Below are positions 28,780 to 38,000 of a stretch of 64,000 nt of DNA, piece after piece. This stretch comes from a virus. The notes below the pieces were generated by a model. The model did not search any database and was not told the DNA's origin. It was given only the letters and a program-made list of their open reading frames with translations. A program made the translations under genes and the position numbers. Within the stretch, counting starts at the first letter, position 1. Every line of letters begins with the position of its first letter. Location: IMG/VR virus record IMGVR_UViG_3300045988_106448; one strand, written 5' to 3'.

Positions 28780-29262
28780 ATGCTAAATTTTGAAGTAAGG
28801 ACAAAAAGATTAATCGTTACTGAGAGTAACAGATACAAGACAATCAAGGAAACCCGTTTGTTTCAGGGGGAAAACTATTCGGAAGTAGAAATGAAAGCCC
28901 TCGCCCACATGGCTGAGCATTTTCCGGGTGAGGACATTAAAATAGTGAAGATTACCCAAAGTAAGATCACCGATATAAGTGTGGAAGGCACGGGTAACAT
29001 TTTGTACAAATCCAAGGTTACAACCATTGAAACCTCTGATAGTGGAAAAGACATCAAGACCTCCTATTACATTTTGGTGGATGCCAACACCATTGAAGAA
29101 GCTACGGAAAACGTTCAACATTACATTGATGGATGGGCGTTCGGTGCTGACATTAACAAGATAGAGGAAACCAAACTCGTTGAAGTAATCGTGAATCCGG
29201 GCACTGAGGAACCTGAAGAACAGCCAGAACCCACCCCTAAAAAGAAGGGTAAGAAGAAATAG
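28780..29262 (+). CDS. hypothetical protein with a KKKGKKK tail
   Basis: ORF with an aaagattATG start. Confidence 0.4.
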   Translation: MLNFEVRTKRLIVTESNRYKTIKETRLFQGENYSEVEMKALAHMAEHFPGEDIKIVKITQSKITDISVEGTGNILYKSKVTTIETSDSGKDIKTSYYILVDANTIEEATENVQHYIDGWAFGADINKIEETKLVEVIVNPGTEEPEEQPEPTPKKKGKKK

Positions 29263-29304
29263 TTTTCATTAGCCCCGTTCCGGCGGGGCACAATACAATA
29301 CGCC

Positions 29305-29775
29305 ATGAATAATTTAATGTACAATTTACTCGGATTCGGTCTGGTTGCACTTATCGGATATATAGTTATTTATTGTAAAAAGAATCGTAGACGGTGGCGG
29401 TGTAAACGTGTGAAACGGTATCTGTTAAGACACCCTTCTAACGGGGTTCCTTCAGAATTCTTCATCAACGCTTTGGAACGTAAATTAAAGGATATACGAA
29501 TAGACGAGTTCTCAGATAAAATACGGTTAATGAAATATTCGCAGTATTCTTTTAATATCTGGTGTCAAAATGGCGTGTTACACACGTCGTTGGTGTACCC
29601 TTTCGGTAATATGAAGTATAGGAATACTCAACCGTTCCTTCGAACACCCGAAAGGGAAATAATGGCGACCCGTGAGGTTGATAAAGAGATACGGATGTTA
29701 TATCAAATGGATGGGGAACCCGAATGGAAAGTGGTAACTCAATTAATGAATTGCGGAATATACTGTATGAAATAA
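29305..29775 (+). CDS. hypothetical membrane-anchored protein
   Basis: N-terminal TM segment LLGFGLVALIGYIVIY. Confidence 0.4.
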   Translation: MNNLMYNLLGFGLVALIGYIVIYCKKNRRRWRCKRVKRYLLRHPSNGVPSEFFINALERKLKDIRIDEFSDKIRLMKYSQYSFNIWCQNGVLHTSLVYPFGNMKYRNTQPFLRTPEREIMATREVDKEIRMLYQMDGEPEWKVVTQLMNCGIYCMK

Positions 29776-29776
29776 T

Positions 29777-31282
29777 ATGGCAGAAACAAAGGAAAAGAGG
29801 GTATGTACCCAAGAGGATAAAGACCGGATCATGCGGGATGCTCCAGATTACATTCTGGAGTCAACCGATATGATTAAAGACCTTTATTTGGCTAGCGAAT
29901 GGGCGAAAGAGAAACGTGATCTCAGTGAGGAGCGTTACTTTACCCTCCTAATCAATGAAGGTCTCGATGATGAACGTACCATTGAGATAGACTTCCAACA
30001 AACGGTAAACGTTAGTGCCTACGTGAAAACGCACGGTGGAGATTTGGAAGCGGTACGCAAGGCGAATGGAAAACGTTTGGCATACCTGCGGTTAGACCGG
30101 GCGTATCAAAACGCCGTCTTGGAATTAAACAAGGCGTTAGGAAAGAAAACCCACCGAGCACGTAACATCGTGGATTACACGGGTACGATTCTGGAATTGT
30201 TTGGTAAGTTCTACACGGTGAATGACGTTGCCAAAGTGATGGGTAAGGAGTACCGCATCAAGATTCCAGAAGAAGAACTTAAGAAGTTTTACGTTGACAA
30301 CCGTGATTTAATCAGTCGCCGTCGTGCTGAATACATCCTACAAAACAAAGATTTTCGTATAGCAACGGAAACCGGACGTTTGGAAGTGCTTAACAAGTTG
30401 CTAATAGATGCTGAATTGAAGAATAAGGCACAAGGGGGTGGAAACACCGAACTCGCTAACCTTATCATTCGTATCATCGAACAGGCACGTAAGGAAGTCA
30501 AGGGTAACGAAATCAAGATGACCGTTGACGGTCGAATAGACATCAATGCCACTCTACACGCCGAAGGTAACATTAACTCCGCTATGGCACAACTATCCGT
30601 TAACGCCCTTGTGATAGGATTAACAGCCGCAAAAGCCGGGCTTAACCCCGCCGTGCTTATAGGGCAGTTGGCTAACAGTTGGTACAAGCAATTTAACGGA
30701 TTCAACGGTAACGTCATGGATGGAACCACGGTTGAATTACCGAGTGCCCTTATACGCAGTTACGATTGGGGTAAGATAGAAACGGCTTCCCAAAAATTTA
30801 TAGATGAATTCACTCCTATTACTGACGTGACGGAGGAGAAGGAAGAAGCCAAAGCTATGACGGCTGAAGAACGCCGTAAACAGATGCTTCAACGGTTGAA
30901 AGCAATAAAGGAAGCCAAACGGGTGGAGGACGAACGTGCCAACCCGGTAACACCCGACGACACGGGTTTAAACGTGCTCACCGAGGGCGTGGTATTGCAA
31001 CCCACAGACCCAACCGTTGAGGAGCCGACAGGGGAGTTTCCTATCGACTACGACCTTAATAAAAAGTACCGCCAACAAAAAGGTATGTACATAAAAGGGG
31101 CGATAGGGGAGTCTATCGCTCGTCACAAGCAAGCAAAGGAAGAGGGTGAAGTAAACATACTGAAGGATGAAGCCCGTCGCAAAAAAGAGGCTGCACGACA
31201 GCGCAAAATGCGAAGGGAAAAGAAGAAGCGGGAACAGGAGGAAAAGAAGAAGGGTAAGAAACCAGAAGATAGCGAAGAATAA
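29777..31282 (+). CDS. hypothetical protein with a K/E-rich C-terminus
   Basis: ORF only. Confidence 0.4.
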   Translation: MAETKEKRVCTQEDKDRIMRDAPDYILESTDMIKDLYLASEWAKEKRDLSEERYFTLLINEGLDDERTIEIDFQQTVNVSAYVKTHGGDLEAVRKANGKRLAYLRLDRAYQNAVLELNKALGKKTHRARNIVDYTGTILELFGKFYTVNDVAKVMGKEYRIKIPEEELKKFYVDNRDLISRRRAEYILQNKDFRIATETGRLEVLNKLLIDAELKNKAQGGGNTELANLIIRIIEQARKEVKGNEIKMTVDGRIDINATLHAEGNINSAMAQLSVNALVIGLTAAKAGLNPAVLIGQLANSWYKQFNGFNGNVMDGTTVELPSALIRSYDWGKIETASQKFIDEFTPITDVTEEKEEAKAMTAEERRKQMLQRLKAIKEAKRVEDERANPVTPDDTGLNVLTEGVVLQPTDPTVEEPTGEFPIDYDLNKKYRQQKGMYIKGAIGESIARHKQAKEEGEVNILKDEARRKKEAARQRKMRREKKKREQEEKKKGKKPEDSEE

Positions 31283-31308
31283 AGGGGGCGAAAGCCCCCT
31301 CTTTTGTT
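31283..31308. terminator. bidirectional rho-independent terminator between convergent genes
   Basis: agggggc-gaaa-gccccct then cttttgtt. Confidence 0.7.
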
Positions 31309-31870
31309 AGTTGCCCGCCGGGGTAACGTTGTAGGAACGATTCATCCACGCTTCTTTTTCCATGGATTCTATCATGTCTTCCAGAAAATTCAGGGTAGCC
31401 AAATCATTTTCAGGAATCTGAGCGTGAATATCACGAATAACACGCACCATTCTGTCCCAGTCATCCCTAATGTGTTTCCACATATCAATTTCCTGTGGAA
31501 CGGCTTCCGTCATGGAAAATTCTGGAATATGGTTATGGCTTAACATGGCTTCCATACTTCCTAACGGGCGGTGACCCAAAGCCCGTACACGTTCAGCCAC
31601 GTCGTCAACTCGTTCGATTTCCGCCTCGTATAACTTTAACATGGCTTCATGATATGAACCAAATGATTCTCCTACCACGTTCCAATGGAACTGCCACGTC
31701 TTGAGCATCAAGGTAAAATGGTCAGCGAGTAAACCATTCAATAATTTAGCACTCCTTTCAAGTTCTTCAGGAGTTAATCCGGTATTAATACTCATAATTA
31801 AAATGATTAGATTGTTTATAAACAAATAATATACGGTAATGACAAAATAAAGTTTGTAACCTTGTAACAA
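31307..31870 (-). CDS. Dps/ferritin-like DNA-protection protein
   Basis: LNGLLADHFTLMLKTWQFHWNVVGESFGSYHEAMLKLYEAEIERVDDVAERVRALGHRP matches Dps ferroxidase-site helices. Confidence 0.7.
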   Translation of the reverse strand: MLQGYKLYFVITVYYLFINNLIILIMSINTGLTPEELERSAKLLNGLLADHFTLMLKTWQFHWNVVGESFGSYHEAMLKLYEAEIERVDDVAERVRALGHRPLGSMEAMLSHNHIPEFSMTEAVPQEIDMWKHIRDDWDRMVRVIRDIHAQIPENDLATLNFLEDMIESMEKEAWMNRSYNVTPAGN

Positions 31871-31937
31871 AATATTTTCACCCCACGTATTAGTATTGTG
31901 TTTATCACATAATAGTTTTAGGGTTTATTGTTTGTCA

Positions 31938-31967
31938 TGGATGAGCCAATCGGCTCATCCTCTTTTT
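31938..31967 (+). terminator. hairpin plus T-run terminator/insulator between the Dps gene and the next + gene
   Basis: ggatgagcc-aatc-ggctcatcc then tctttttg. Confidence 0.55.
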
Positions 31968-32014
31968 GAATAATAAAATATCCGCAATATCTTGCACACC
32001 TAAAATATTTACCC

Positions 32015-32022
32015 TATATTTG
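32015..32022 (+). promoter_or_regulatory. -7 box TATATTTG
   Basis: 28 nt upstream of the ATG at 32050. Confidence 0.45.
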
Positions 32023-32049
32023 CATTACAAACTAATAAACAATAAAACA

Positions 32050-32535
32050 ATGAAAACTCCAGAACAAATTATCGTAAATGTAACTGATAAAACACAGTGG
32101 ACGTTAACACGTATTAATTCCATTCCTACAATGGAATGCTCGATTAAGGTACCGTATAATAACACTGAATATACTATATTCAGTACAAGTGAACAAATTC
32201 ATGATTGCCAGATAGCCTATACGGGACGTTCTTTGATTGAGAGGGGTTGGGAAATTTCAGTCACCCTTTATCATCCCCATGCGGCGGGGCGTTACCGGGT
32301 TTTATTTATCGTACAGCGTCCAAACGGTAAAGAATGTTCTCAATATGGTTTACTTGTAGATTACGATGGGCGTTGTCCGCTTATACTCACGGGTGTAAAT
32401 TTGGTTACAGGGAAGAAAGTGGGCGGACCTCAAGCGGTGAACATGGCCATTACTATGGAAGCGTTATTTAGCGAATTATTTTGTAAACCTAGGAGAAACG
32501 GACTAACTATCCTCCCTAATCCACGTATGCTATAA
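32050..32535 (+). CDS. hypothetical protein
   Basis: Start placed at the internal Met downstream of the promoter box. Confidence 0.4.
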   Translation: MKTPEQIIVNVTDKTQWTLTRINSIPTMECSIKVPYNNTEYTIFSTSEQIHDCQIAYTGRSLIERGWEISVTLYHPHAAGRYRVLFIVQRPNGKECSQYGLLVDYDGRCPLILTGVNLVTGKKVGGPQAVNMAITMEALFSELFCKPRRNGLTILPNPRML

Positions 32536-32568
32536 CACAGTTAAACAATATATAAGAAATCCAGAATT

Positions 32569-32919
32569 ATGTTAGACTTAAAGATTTTTGCTCAAGAAGA
32601 GATTGAAGACCTAGTGAAAGGAGATATCGTTTGTTATCCGGAAGCGATGCAATTTATAATGACCCGGTTAGAGTGTACGGAAGAGGAGTTGAGGGTGGTT
32701 AAGCCTCAACACAAGCCCACCACGCCAACAGACATCGAAGCGTGGTTCCCTAACGAACCCGATGAACCCCTAATGATTTGGGAAGTACCCGGTTATGACG
32801 CTGAATTAATAGAGATACATTACCGGGGTGTGAGCCTGATTGGCTTGCGTGACGAGTGTCCCTACATGGTTTATATGAACGTAAAAGATTTGCAACATGA
32901 GAAACAAAATGTAGCGTGA
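32569..32919 (+). CDS. hypothetical protein
   Basis: ORF only. Confidence 0.4.
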   Translation: MLDLKIFAQEEIEDLVKGDIVCYPEAMQFIMTRLECTEEELRVVKPQHKPTTPTDIEAWFPNEPDEPLMIWEVPGYDAELIEIHYRGVSLIGLRDECPYMVYMNVKDLQHEKQNVA

Positions 32920-32955
32920 AGTTTGTAGTTTTCATATAGTTTATAGTTTAGTGAA

Positions 32956-32990
32956 GCGTGCCGGGTGAATAACATTCGGCACGCATTTTT
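32956..32990 (+). terminator. rho-independent terminator
   Basis: gcgtgccg-(13 nt)-cggcacgc then attttt. Confidence 0.6.
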
Positions 32991-33024
32991 ACGGATGTTT
33001 CCTTGTGGTTTTAAATATAATGCT

Positions 33025-33032
33025 TACATTTG
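33025..33032 (+). promoter_or_regulatory. -7 box TACATTTG
   Basis: 25 nt upstream of the ATG at 33057. Confidence 0.45.
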
Positions 33033-33056
33033 CATAAACAATAAAAACTAAACAAG

Positions 33057-33344
33057 ATGGAAACACAGAACGAACACTTACAAGAATTTAAATTTAGTAC
33101 CGGGGTAAAACCCTACATTCACACCCCGCAGGCTCCAATCTCCAATCCGTATGAATACGTGGATGGTAACGGCGTGAAAATAATTCTATTTTATTGTACT
33201 GACGTGCCGGAAGGCGCAACCTTCTTATTCGCTAGTAGCAACCCCAATTGTCCAGAAGGCGAAGCTAACAACGTTATTGTTAGAAGAATTATAAAGGGTG
33301 GATTGGCGAGTGAATACGCCTATTTCAGAATAAACAAACAATGA
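33057..33344 (+). CDS. hypothetical protein
   Basis: ORF only. Confidence 0.35.
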   Translation: METQNEHLQEFKFSTGVKPYIHTPQAPISNPYEYVDGNGVKIILFYCTDVPEGATFLFASSNPNCPEGEANNVIVRRIIKGGLASEYAYFRINKQ

Positions 33345-33350
33345 ATTCCT

Positions 33351-33953
33351 ATGGCAACACAAGATAAAGCTATCTTATTGAAGATAAAGAAAGTGAAAGC
33401 CCTAGCGGAACAGGGCGTGAGCGGTGAAAAGGAAGCCGCCCAACAACTTTTAGAGAGGTTATGCGCCCGGTACGGCATCACCCTAGAAGAGTTAAACGAA
33501 GGTGAAGCCCGTCGGGTATATCATTTCCACGTTCGTACTTCCGTTTACAAATTATTCTTACAAGTGTTCACTCACCTGTACGGGGTTGGTGACAGATTTC
33601 GTAACGAAGTAAAGGTGTACCAAGCAAAGAACGGTCGTGACATTCAGGTGTCGTTCACTCCTACCGAATACATAGAATTTAATATCTTCTTCGAATGGCA
33701 CAGGCAAAACTATCTGAAGGAACGCCGCCGAATGCGTGAAATATTTTACAGTGGGTATCTTGAAAAACATAAACTCTACCCGTGTAAAACTGATGAGGAT
33801 TTCGATAAAATGTGGGAAGAAAAGAAGAGTAAGAAAGATTTATGGGAAGAAATGATGGCGGTGAGTGCCATGACTAAAATGATGACGGATGCCACGTTCC
33901 ACAAGCAAATAGGAAGCGAAGAAAATTCTTACGGGGAAGATGACGAAGATTAA
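33351..33953 (+). CDS. hypothetical protein
   Basis: ORF only. Confidence 0.4.
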   Translation: MATQDKAILLKIKKVKALAEQGVSGEKEAAQQLLERLCARYGITLEELNEGEARRVYHFHVRTSVYKLFLQVFTHLYGVGDRFRNEVKVYQAKNGRDIQVSFTPTEYIEFNIFFEWHRQNYLKERRRMREIFYSGYLEKHKLYPCKTDEDFDKMWEEKKSKKDLWEEMMAVSAMTKMMTDATFHKQIGSEENSYGEDDED

Positions 33954-33987
33954 TCCCTATTTTCTTTGCCGTTTACAAAGTAAACAC

Positions 33988-33995
33988 TACATTTG
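33988..33995 (+). promoter_or_regulatory. -7 box TACATTTG
   Basis: Upstream of the ATG at 34028. Confidence 0.45.
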
Positions 33996-34027
33996 TAGCA
34001 GTAATAAACACTAAAACAGTAAACATT

Positions 34028-34282
34028 ATGACAACAATTCAAGATTTATTAAGTATTTGGGATGATAATTCTGAAGCCATAGAACAAATACAAGAATGTT
34101 TATGGGAAGCCGAAGACATTATTAATGAAAAATACGGTTCGGATGTGGAGGTTGAGGTTGAAGAAGTAGACGAAGGTGAATATGAAATCGTAATTGAGGG
34201 CTGTACAGCAGAAATCCAAGAAGAACTTCTTGAAGAAGCCACGAATTACGCTTCAGAAAATTATCCTGAATTATTCTTCTAA
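34028..34282 (+). CDS. small highly acidic protein (candidate sigma-factor partner)
   Basis: 84 aa rich in E/D (EEVDEGEYEIVIEGCTAEIQEELLEEAT); stop lies 2 nt before the sigma-factor ATG. Confidence 0.4.
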   Translation: MTTIQDLLSIWDDNSEAIEQIQECLWEAEDIINEKYGSDVEVEVEEVDEGEYEIVIEGCTAEIQEELLEEATNYASENYPELFF

Positions 34283-34284
34283 TT

Positions 34285-34890
34285 ATGGATGCTAAAGAGG
34301 TGGATGCTGCCCTAGTAAAAGAGGCACTCGATGGGAGCCAAAAGGCATACGAAAAACTATTCAATAAATACCGCTATTCCTTGCGGTATTCAATTTTACA
34401 AATTGTGAGGGATGAGGAAACCGCCAACGATTTACTCATGGAATCTTTTAGTAGAGCCTTTCTAAACCTGAAACGTTACACTACGGATTTCGCCTTTAGT
34501 ACATGGTTATTCCGCATAGGGGTAAACTGTGCGATAGATTATAAACGCAAGCACGGGCGGGTAGTGATGTGCCGTATAGAACAGGACGATCCCGATAGGG
34601 AAGACCGCCCGATGTTCGTTATTCCTGACCCTGACCGTACCCCGGCGGATGCTGCCATACAAAGACAACGTGTCGATTTAGTGCGAGGCGTTATCGCACA
34701 ATTGCCGGAACCTTTCTACACTATGGTTCACCTACGGTACATAGACGGGTTTGCCTATGATGAGATAGCCGATGAGTTAGACGTGCCGTTAGGCACCGTT
34801 AAAGCCTCGCTACACAGGGCGAAACAATTGTTGTGGGAACGCCTCGCTGAAGACAAAAGGTATAAGGAGATACTAACCGAGGAGATATAA
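34285..34890 (+). CDS. ECF-type sigma-70 family sigma factor
   Basis: Region 2 YRYSLRYSILQIVRDEETANDLLMESF...FSTWLFRIGVNCAIDYKR; region 4 HTH YDEIADELDVPLGTVKASLHRAKQLL. Confidence 0.75.
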   Translation: MDAKEVDAALVKEALDGSQKAYEKLFNKYRYSLRYSILQIVRDEETANDLLMESFSRAFLNLKRYTTDFAFSTWLFRIGVNCAIDYKRKHGRVVMCRIEQDDPDREDRPMFVIPDPDRTPADAAIQRQRVDLVRGVIAQLPEPFYTMVHLRYIDGFAYDEIADELDVPLGTVKASLHRAKQLLWERLAEDKRYKEILTEEI

Positions 34891-34938
34891 GTGCGTATAT
34901 ACATGGCATAGTAATTAACAATTAAATATAATAGAATT

Positions 34939-35364
34939 ATGACAGAAACAATTTTATTGACCATTTTAGGCACGTTGCTCGTGTTATGGGTAACGTTACA
35001 CGTGTACCAAAGGCGTAAACGTTTAAACTTTAGGAAACGTTTTCTTGAAGCCATTACTGACATGATGGCGTTCCCTACCAAGGAAATAGCCGTGTGCGGG
35101 CAGAAATACCTCGTGTCATTCGTGTGCCCGCCCAATCCGGATGCTTATAATGTGTTTACTGATTCTTCTTTAAAAGAATATCAAGAAGAGATAGATGAAG
35201 ATAAAAACGACTACACGTGGGGAGTGTTCTGCGGGGCTGACATGGCTGCAATAGAAACATTCATAAGTTACAATCCAGACGTTACCGTGTTAAACATACC
35301 GACGGAGCAAATGAAAGTGAATTTCCCCAAGAGAGCGATGTACAAGGTAGTGAAAATTAAATAA
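34939..35364 (+). CDS. N-terminally membrane-anchored protein (candidate anti-sigma or regulator)
   Basis: TM segment ILLTILGTLLVLWVTLHVY directly downstream of the sigma factor. Confidence 0.35.
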   Translation: MTETILLTILGTLLVLWVTLHVYQRRKRLNFRKRFLEAITDMMAFPTKEIAVCGQKYLVSFVCPPNPDAYNVFTDSSLKEYQEEIDEDKNDYTWGVFCGADMAAIETFISYNPDVTVLNIPTEQMKVNFPKRAMYKVVKIK

Positions 35365-35371
35365 CGAGGGG

Positions 35372-35695
35372 ATGAATACCGTGGCGAAAGAACAAACCAA
35401 ATTCGTGATGAGCAAAATGCAAATCCCAATACCTTCAGTGATAGAAGAATTAATTAGAAAACGTTACGCCGATTCCCCCGTGTTACACGTGGGTGTAACC
35501 ATACAACGGGACGCCATTAGCCGGGATGGCGTGCCCGCATTGTACACCGTTAGTGACGTTGACCCGCTCCTATTGTTGGAGGAAATAAGGGACATTATTA
35601 ACAATAAACGCCTCGATTTAGCCGACAAAATTATGGACGTGCACAAGGTATTACAGAAAATAGAAAAGACGCATGAAGCAAGTAAAGGTTATTAG
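35372..35695 (+). CDS. hypothetical protein
   Basis: ORF only. Confidence 0.35.
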   Translation: MNTVAKEQTKFVMSKMQIPIPSVIEELIRKRYADSPVLHVGVTIQRDAISRDGVPALYTVSDVDPLLLLEEIRDIINNKRLDLADKIMDVHKVLQKIEKTHEASKGY

Positions 35696-36047
35696 TATTG
35701 GTAGTTCTCCAAATTATGAACAGGTGAACCACATACAAGAGTTGCTAAACACGGGATGGGAAATACAGGCTTGTACTAGCACGTATATTTTACTCATCTT
35801 AGAATCCACAGATCGAGTTCAAGAACTAGAACCTACCACTTTCAAAGAACGGTTGCAGATAGAGGAACAGGAGCTAAACATCAAGCTAACAAAACTCACA
35901 CGGTTTCTAGACAAAACGTTCCTAACCGAGGACACGAAATTAGACCCTACACAGCTTGAATTAATGGTTGCTCAACAGCAACACATGGAACAATACCTAA
36001 CAATATTGCACGAAAGAATGAAACTATTGGGCATCCCCACCGTATAA
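35673..36047 (+). CDS. hypothetical protein
   Basis: ORF only. Confidence 0.35.
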   Translation: MKQVKVISIGSSPNYEQVNHIQELLNTGWEIQACTSTYILLILESTDRVQELEPTTFKERLQIEEQELNIKLTKLTRFLDKTFLTEDTKLDPTQLELMVAQQQHMEQYLTILHERMKLLGIPTV

Positions 36048-36089
36048 TTCCGTACTGTTTTCATATTTATTAGATAATTAATATTTCTT

Positions 36090-36117
36090 GCCGCTCCCAT
36101 GTCGGGGGCGGTTTTAT
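36090..36117 (+). terminator. hairpin plus T-run terminator
   Basis: ccgctccc-atgtc-gggggcgg then ttttatt. Confidence 0.45.
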
Positions 36118-36308
36118 TATGGTTGCCATTTTGGCGACCGGAAATAAGGCGTTTTAAGGGATTATTACGCCGTGGTAATACCCCAACATTACCACATATT
36201 ACAGTACCTTAAACGGGCTAACAATCGGTAAACAAAACGGGGATGTTATATTGGGGAAGGGAAATAGAGGTTGCGGCGGTTGCACCATACCACTACCAAC
36301 AACAAAAA

Positions 36309-36330
36309 CACCGGGGTATATACCCCGGTG
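36309..36330. terminator. perfect palindrome hairpin, likely the terminator for the minus-strand gene that ends at 36389
   Basis: caccggggtata|taccccggtg; on the minus strand it is followed by tttttgttgttgg. Confidence 0.5.
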
Positions 36331-36388
36331 CAAACACTATGTAAAACAAACCAAACAATAAATTCCTATTTTAGTGACCAGAAATAGA

Positions 36389-36691
36389 TTATTTAACCAC
36401 TTCCATTTCTTTATTAAATTCAAAATTACTGATTACTTGCCATTTTAGCAAATTGTTTGAATGCACTTCAACCATTAACCAATCACCCACGAATATATCG
36501 TATTCATCTTTATTTATATCCGTTAAAACTAAATCGGGGTTGGGAAAATGGGGGTCACAGTCTATTTCTACCGTGGTAAAGTTGGGTTCAAAATTCTTTA
36601 CCCATTCTTGCAGTTCTTCAAGGTTCTTTCCGTCGTACTGTATGGCGTACATTGTAACGGGGTTTTTCGGTTTTACTTGTAATAGTTTCAT
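36389..36691 (-). CDS. hypothetical protein
   Basis: ORF; a TACATTTG box lies on the minus strand at 36754-36761. Confidence 0.35.
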   Translation of the reverse strand: MKLLQVKPKNPVTMYAIQYDGKNLEELQEWVKNFEPNFTTVEIDCDPHFPNPDLVLTDINKDEYDIFVGDWLMVEVHSNNLLKWQVISNFEFNKEMEVVK

Positions 36692-36782
36692 GGTTTCGTA
36701 TTTTAGGGATGGGAAATTGTAACTTTTAGCCCGTGCACAACGTTACACGGGTACAAATGTAGTAACTAAACAAGGTAACAAT

Positions 36783-37022
36783 ATGTTATGTAGAGCAATT
36801 TTAAGCGTGCCTAACAGCCCCGCAAACCGGATTAGGCTAAGTATGTTACAAAACACGGGAACGATTGAACCCCCCGTTTTACACGCCGACGGGAACACTT
36901 ACACGGTAGTAACCACCACCGCCAACGTGCCGGACGGCGTGCGTGCCCGTGCCAAATGGTTACGGGAACTAAGCCTGTACGGGGCTAAAGTGGTAGACCA
37001 CATGAGCCCTAAACACGGGTAA
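36783..37022 (+). CDS. hypothetical small protein
   Basis: ORF only. Confidence 0.3.
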   Translation: MLCRAILSVPNSPANRIRLSMLQNTGTIEPPVLHADGNTYTVVTTTANVPDGVRARAKWLRELSLYGAKVVDHMSPKHG

Positions 37023-37075
37023 AGGGTGCGTTATACAGCGCACCCGGTTTGTATCATGGAGAACCGAAATAGGGG

Positions 37076-37363
37076 TTATAACAGGTTTGTTGCGGCGTAA
37101 TAATGTGGGTACCTTCCTAATTGCGTGTTGCAATTGTAGCTCGTGAATGCGTTCACCATGCTATCAAACGGCACGTTATCGCATTCCTTTGCATTCGTCG
37201 TGTACAATAAACCCCACGGAGTATTTATGTTCATTCGGCACGGTAACAAGTGTATTTCATGCCCGGCGTTGTACAACCGTTTTGCAACGGTTTTGTTCAC
37301 TTGCTTTACCTGTACTTTCTTGCCGTACACGGTAACGGTTAAGATTTGGTTCTTGTGTAACAT
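37076..37363 (-). CDS. hypothetical protein
   Basis: ORF only. Confidence 0.3.
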   Translation of the reverse strand: MLHKNQILTVTVYGKKVQVKQVNKTVAKRLYNAGHEIHLLPCRMNINTPWGLLYTTNAKECDNVPFDSMVNAFTSYNCNTQLGRYPHYYAATNLL

Positions 37364-37399
37364 GGCTTTTGTATTTTGGGTGTGGGAAATAGGGTTAAT

Positions 37400-37951
37400 T
37401 TACAGGTTACAACCGGGCACGTAGGTACGCAAACGGTAACTATATCGTTTTCTAAAGTTGCTTATTTCGGCTTGCAATTTGGCGGCGGCTTGCCGTACTT
37501 CGTCATATTGGCGCATATCCCGCCGCACTTCGTCAACCTTGTCTAATAGTTGTAATTGCGTGGTGGTAATGTTTTCCACGGTTGCGGGGGCGTTTACACG
37601 TTGCGTGTCCTTATCTATGGCTATAATGGCTTTTGCCGTGTCGTCAGTAACGTACCCCGTTGTGTAGTAACCGTTGCGGTCGGGGCTGCTAGCACGGTAG
37701 GCACGGTTTTCGCCGTCATAAACTGTAAGCGCAACGCCGTTATAATTACCCCAATCTAATCGTACTATTATATTTTGGGTGGGATGCACACGCTTTATCT
37801 CGCCATCTATGGCTTTCAGCAAACGTGCGTTTAATACCTTGCCGTTAAAACTTGCTTTTATTTCCTGTTTGGCAACGTTTAATATTTCAACTTGTGTTTC
37901 GTAAACCTTTATTTGTGCGGCGCACATTGCGCAAAATACCGTGTAATTCAT
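37400..37951 (-). CDS. hypothetical protein
   Basis: ORF only. Confidence 0.4.
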   Translation of the reverse strand: MNYTVFCAMCAAQIKVYETQVEILNVAKQEIKASFNGKVLNARLLKAIDGEIKRVHPTQNIIVRLDWGNYNGVALTVYDGENRAYRASSPDRNGYYTTGYVTDDTAKAIIAIDKDTQRVNAPATVENITTTQLQLLDKVDEVRRDMRQYDEVRQAAAKLQAEISNFRKRYSYRLRTYVPGCNL

Positions 37952-38000
37952 AATTGCTTGTTTTTAGAGGTTAAACATTGGATTTGCCGTGTGCAGGCGG

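Noticed and set aside
31304-31704. + strand ORFs (31304-31543, 31495-31704) antisense to the Dps gene
   Set aside because: They overlap a gene with strong Dps motifs, lie downstream of a terminator, and lack promoter and start context.
36050-36390. Possible tRNA or other structured RNA gene in the 340-nt intergenic region
   Set aside because: No tRNA-like T-arm or anticodon-arm pattern (such as GTTCRANYC) was found. The hairpins are better explained as terminators for convergent genes, although a small RNA cannot be excluded.
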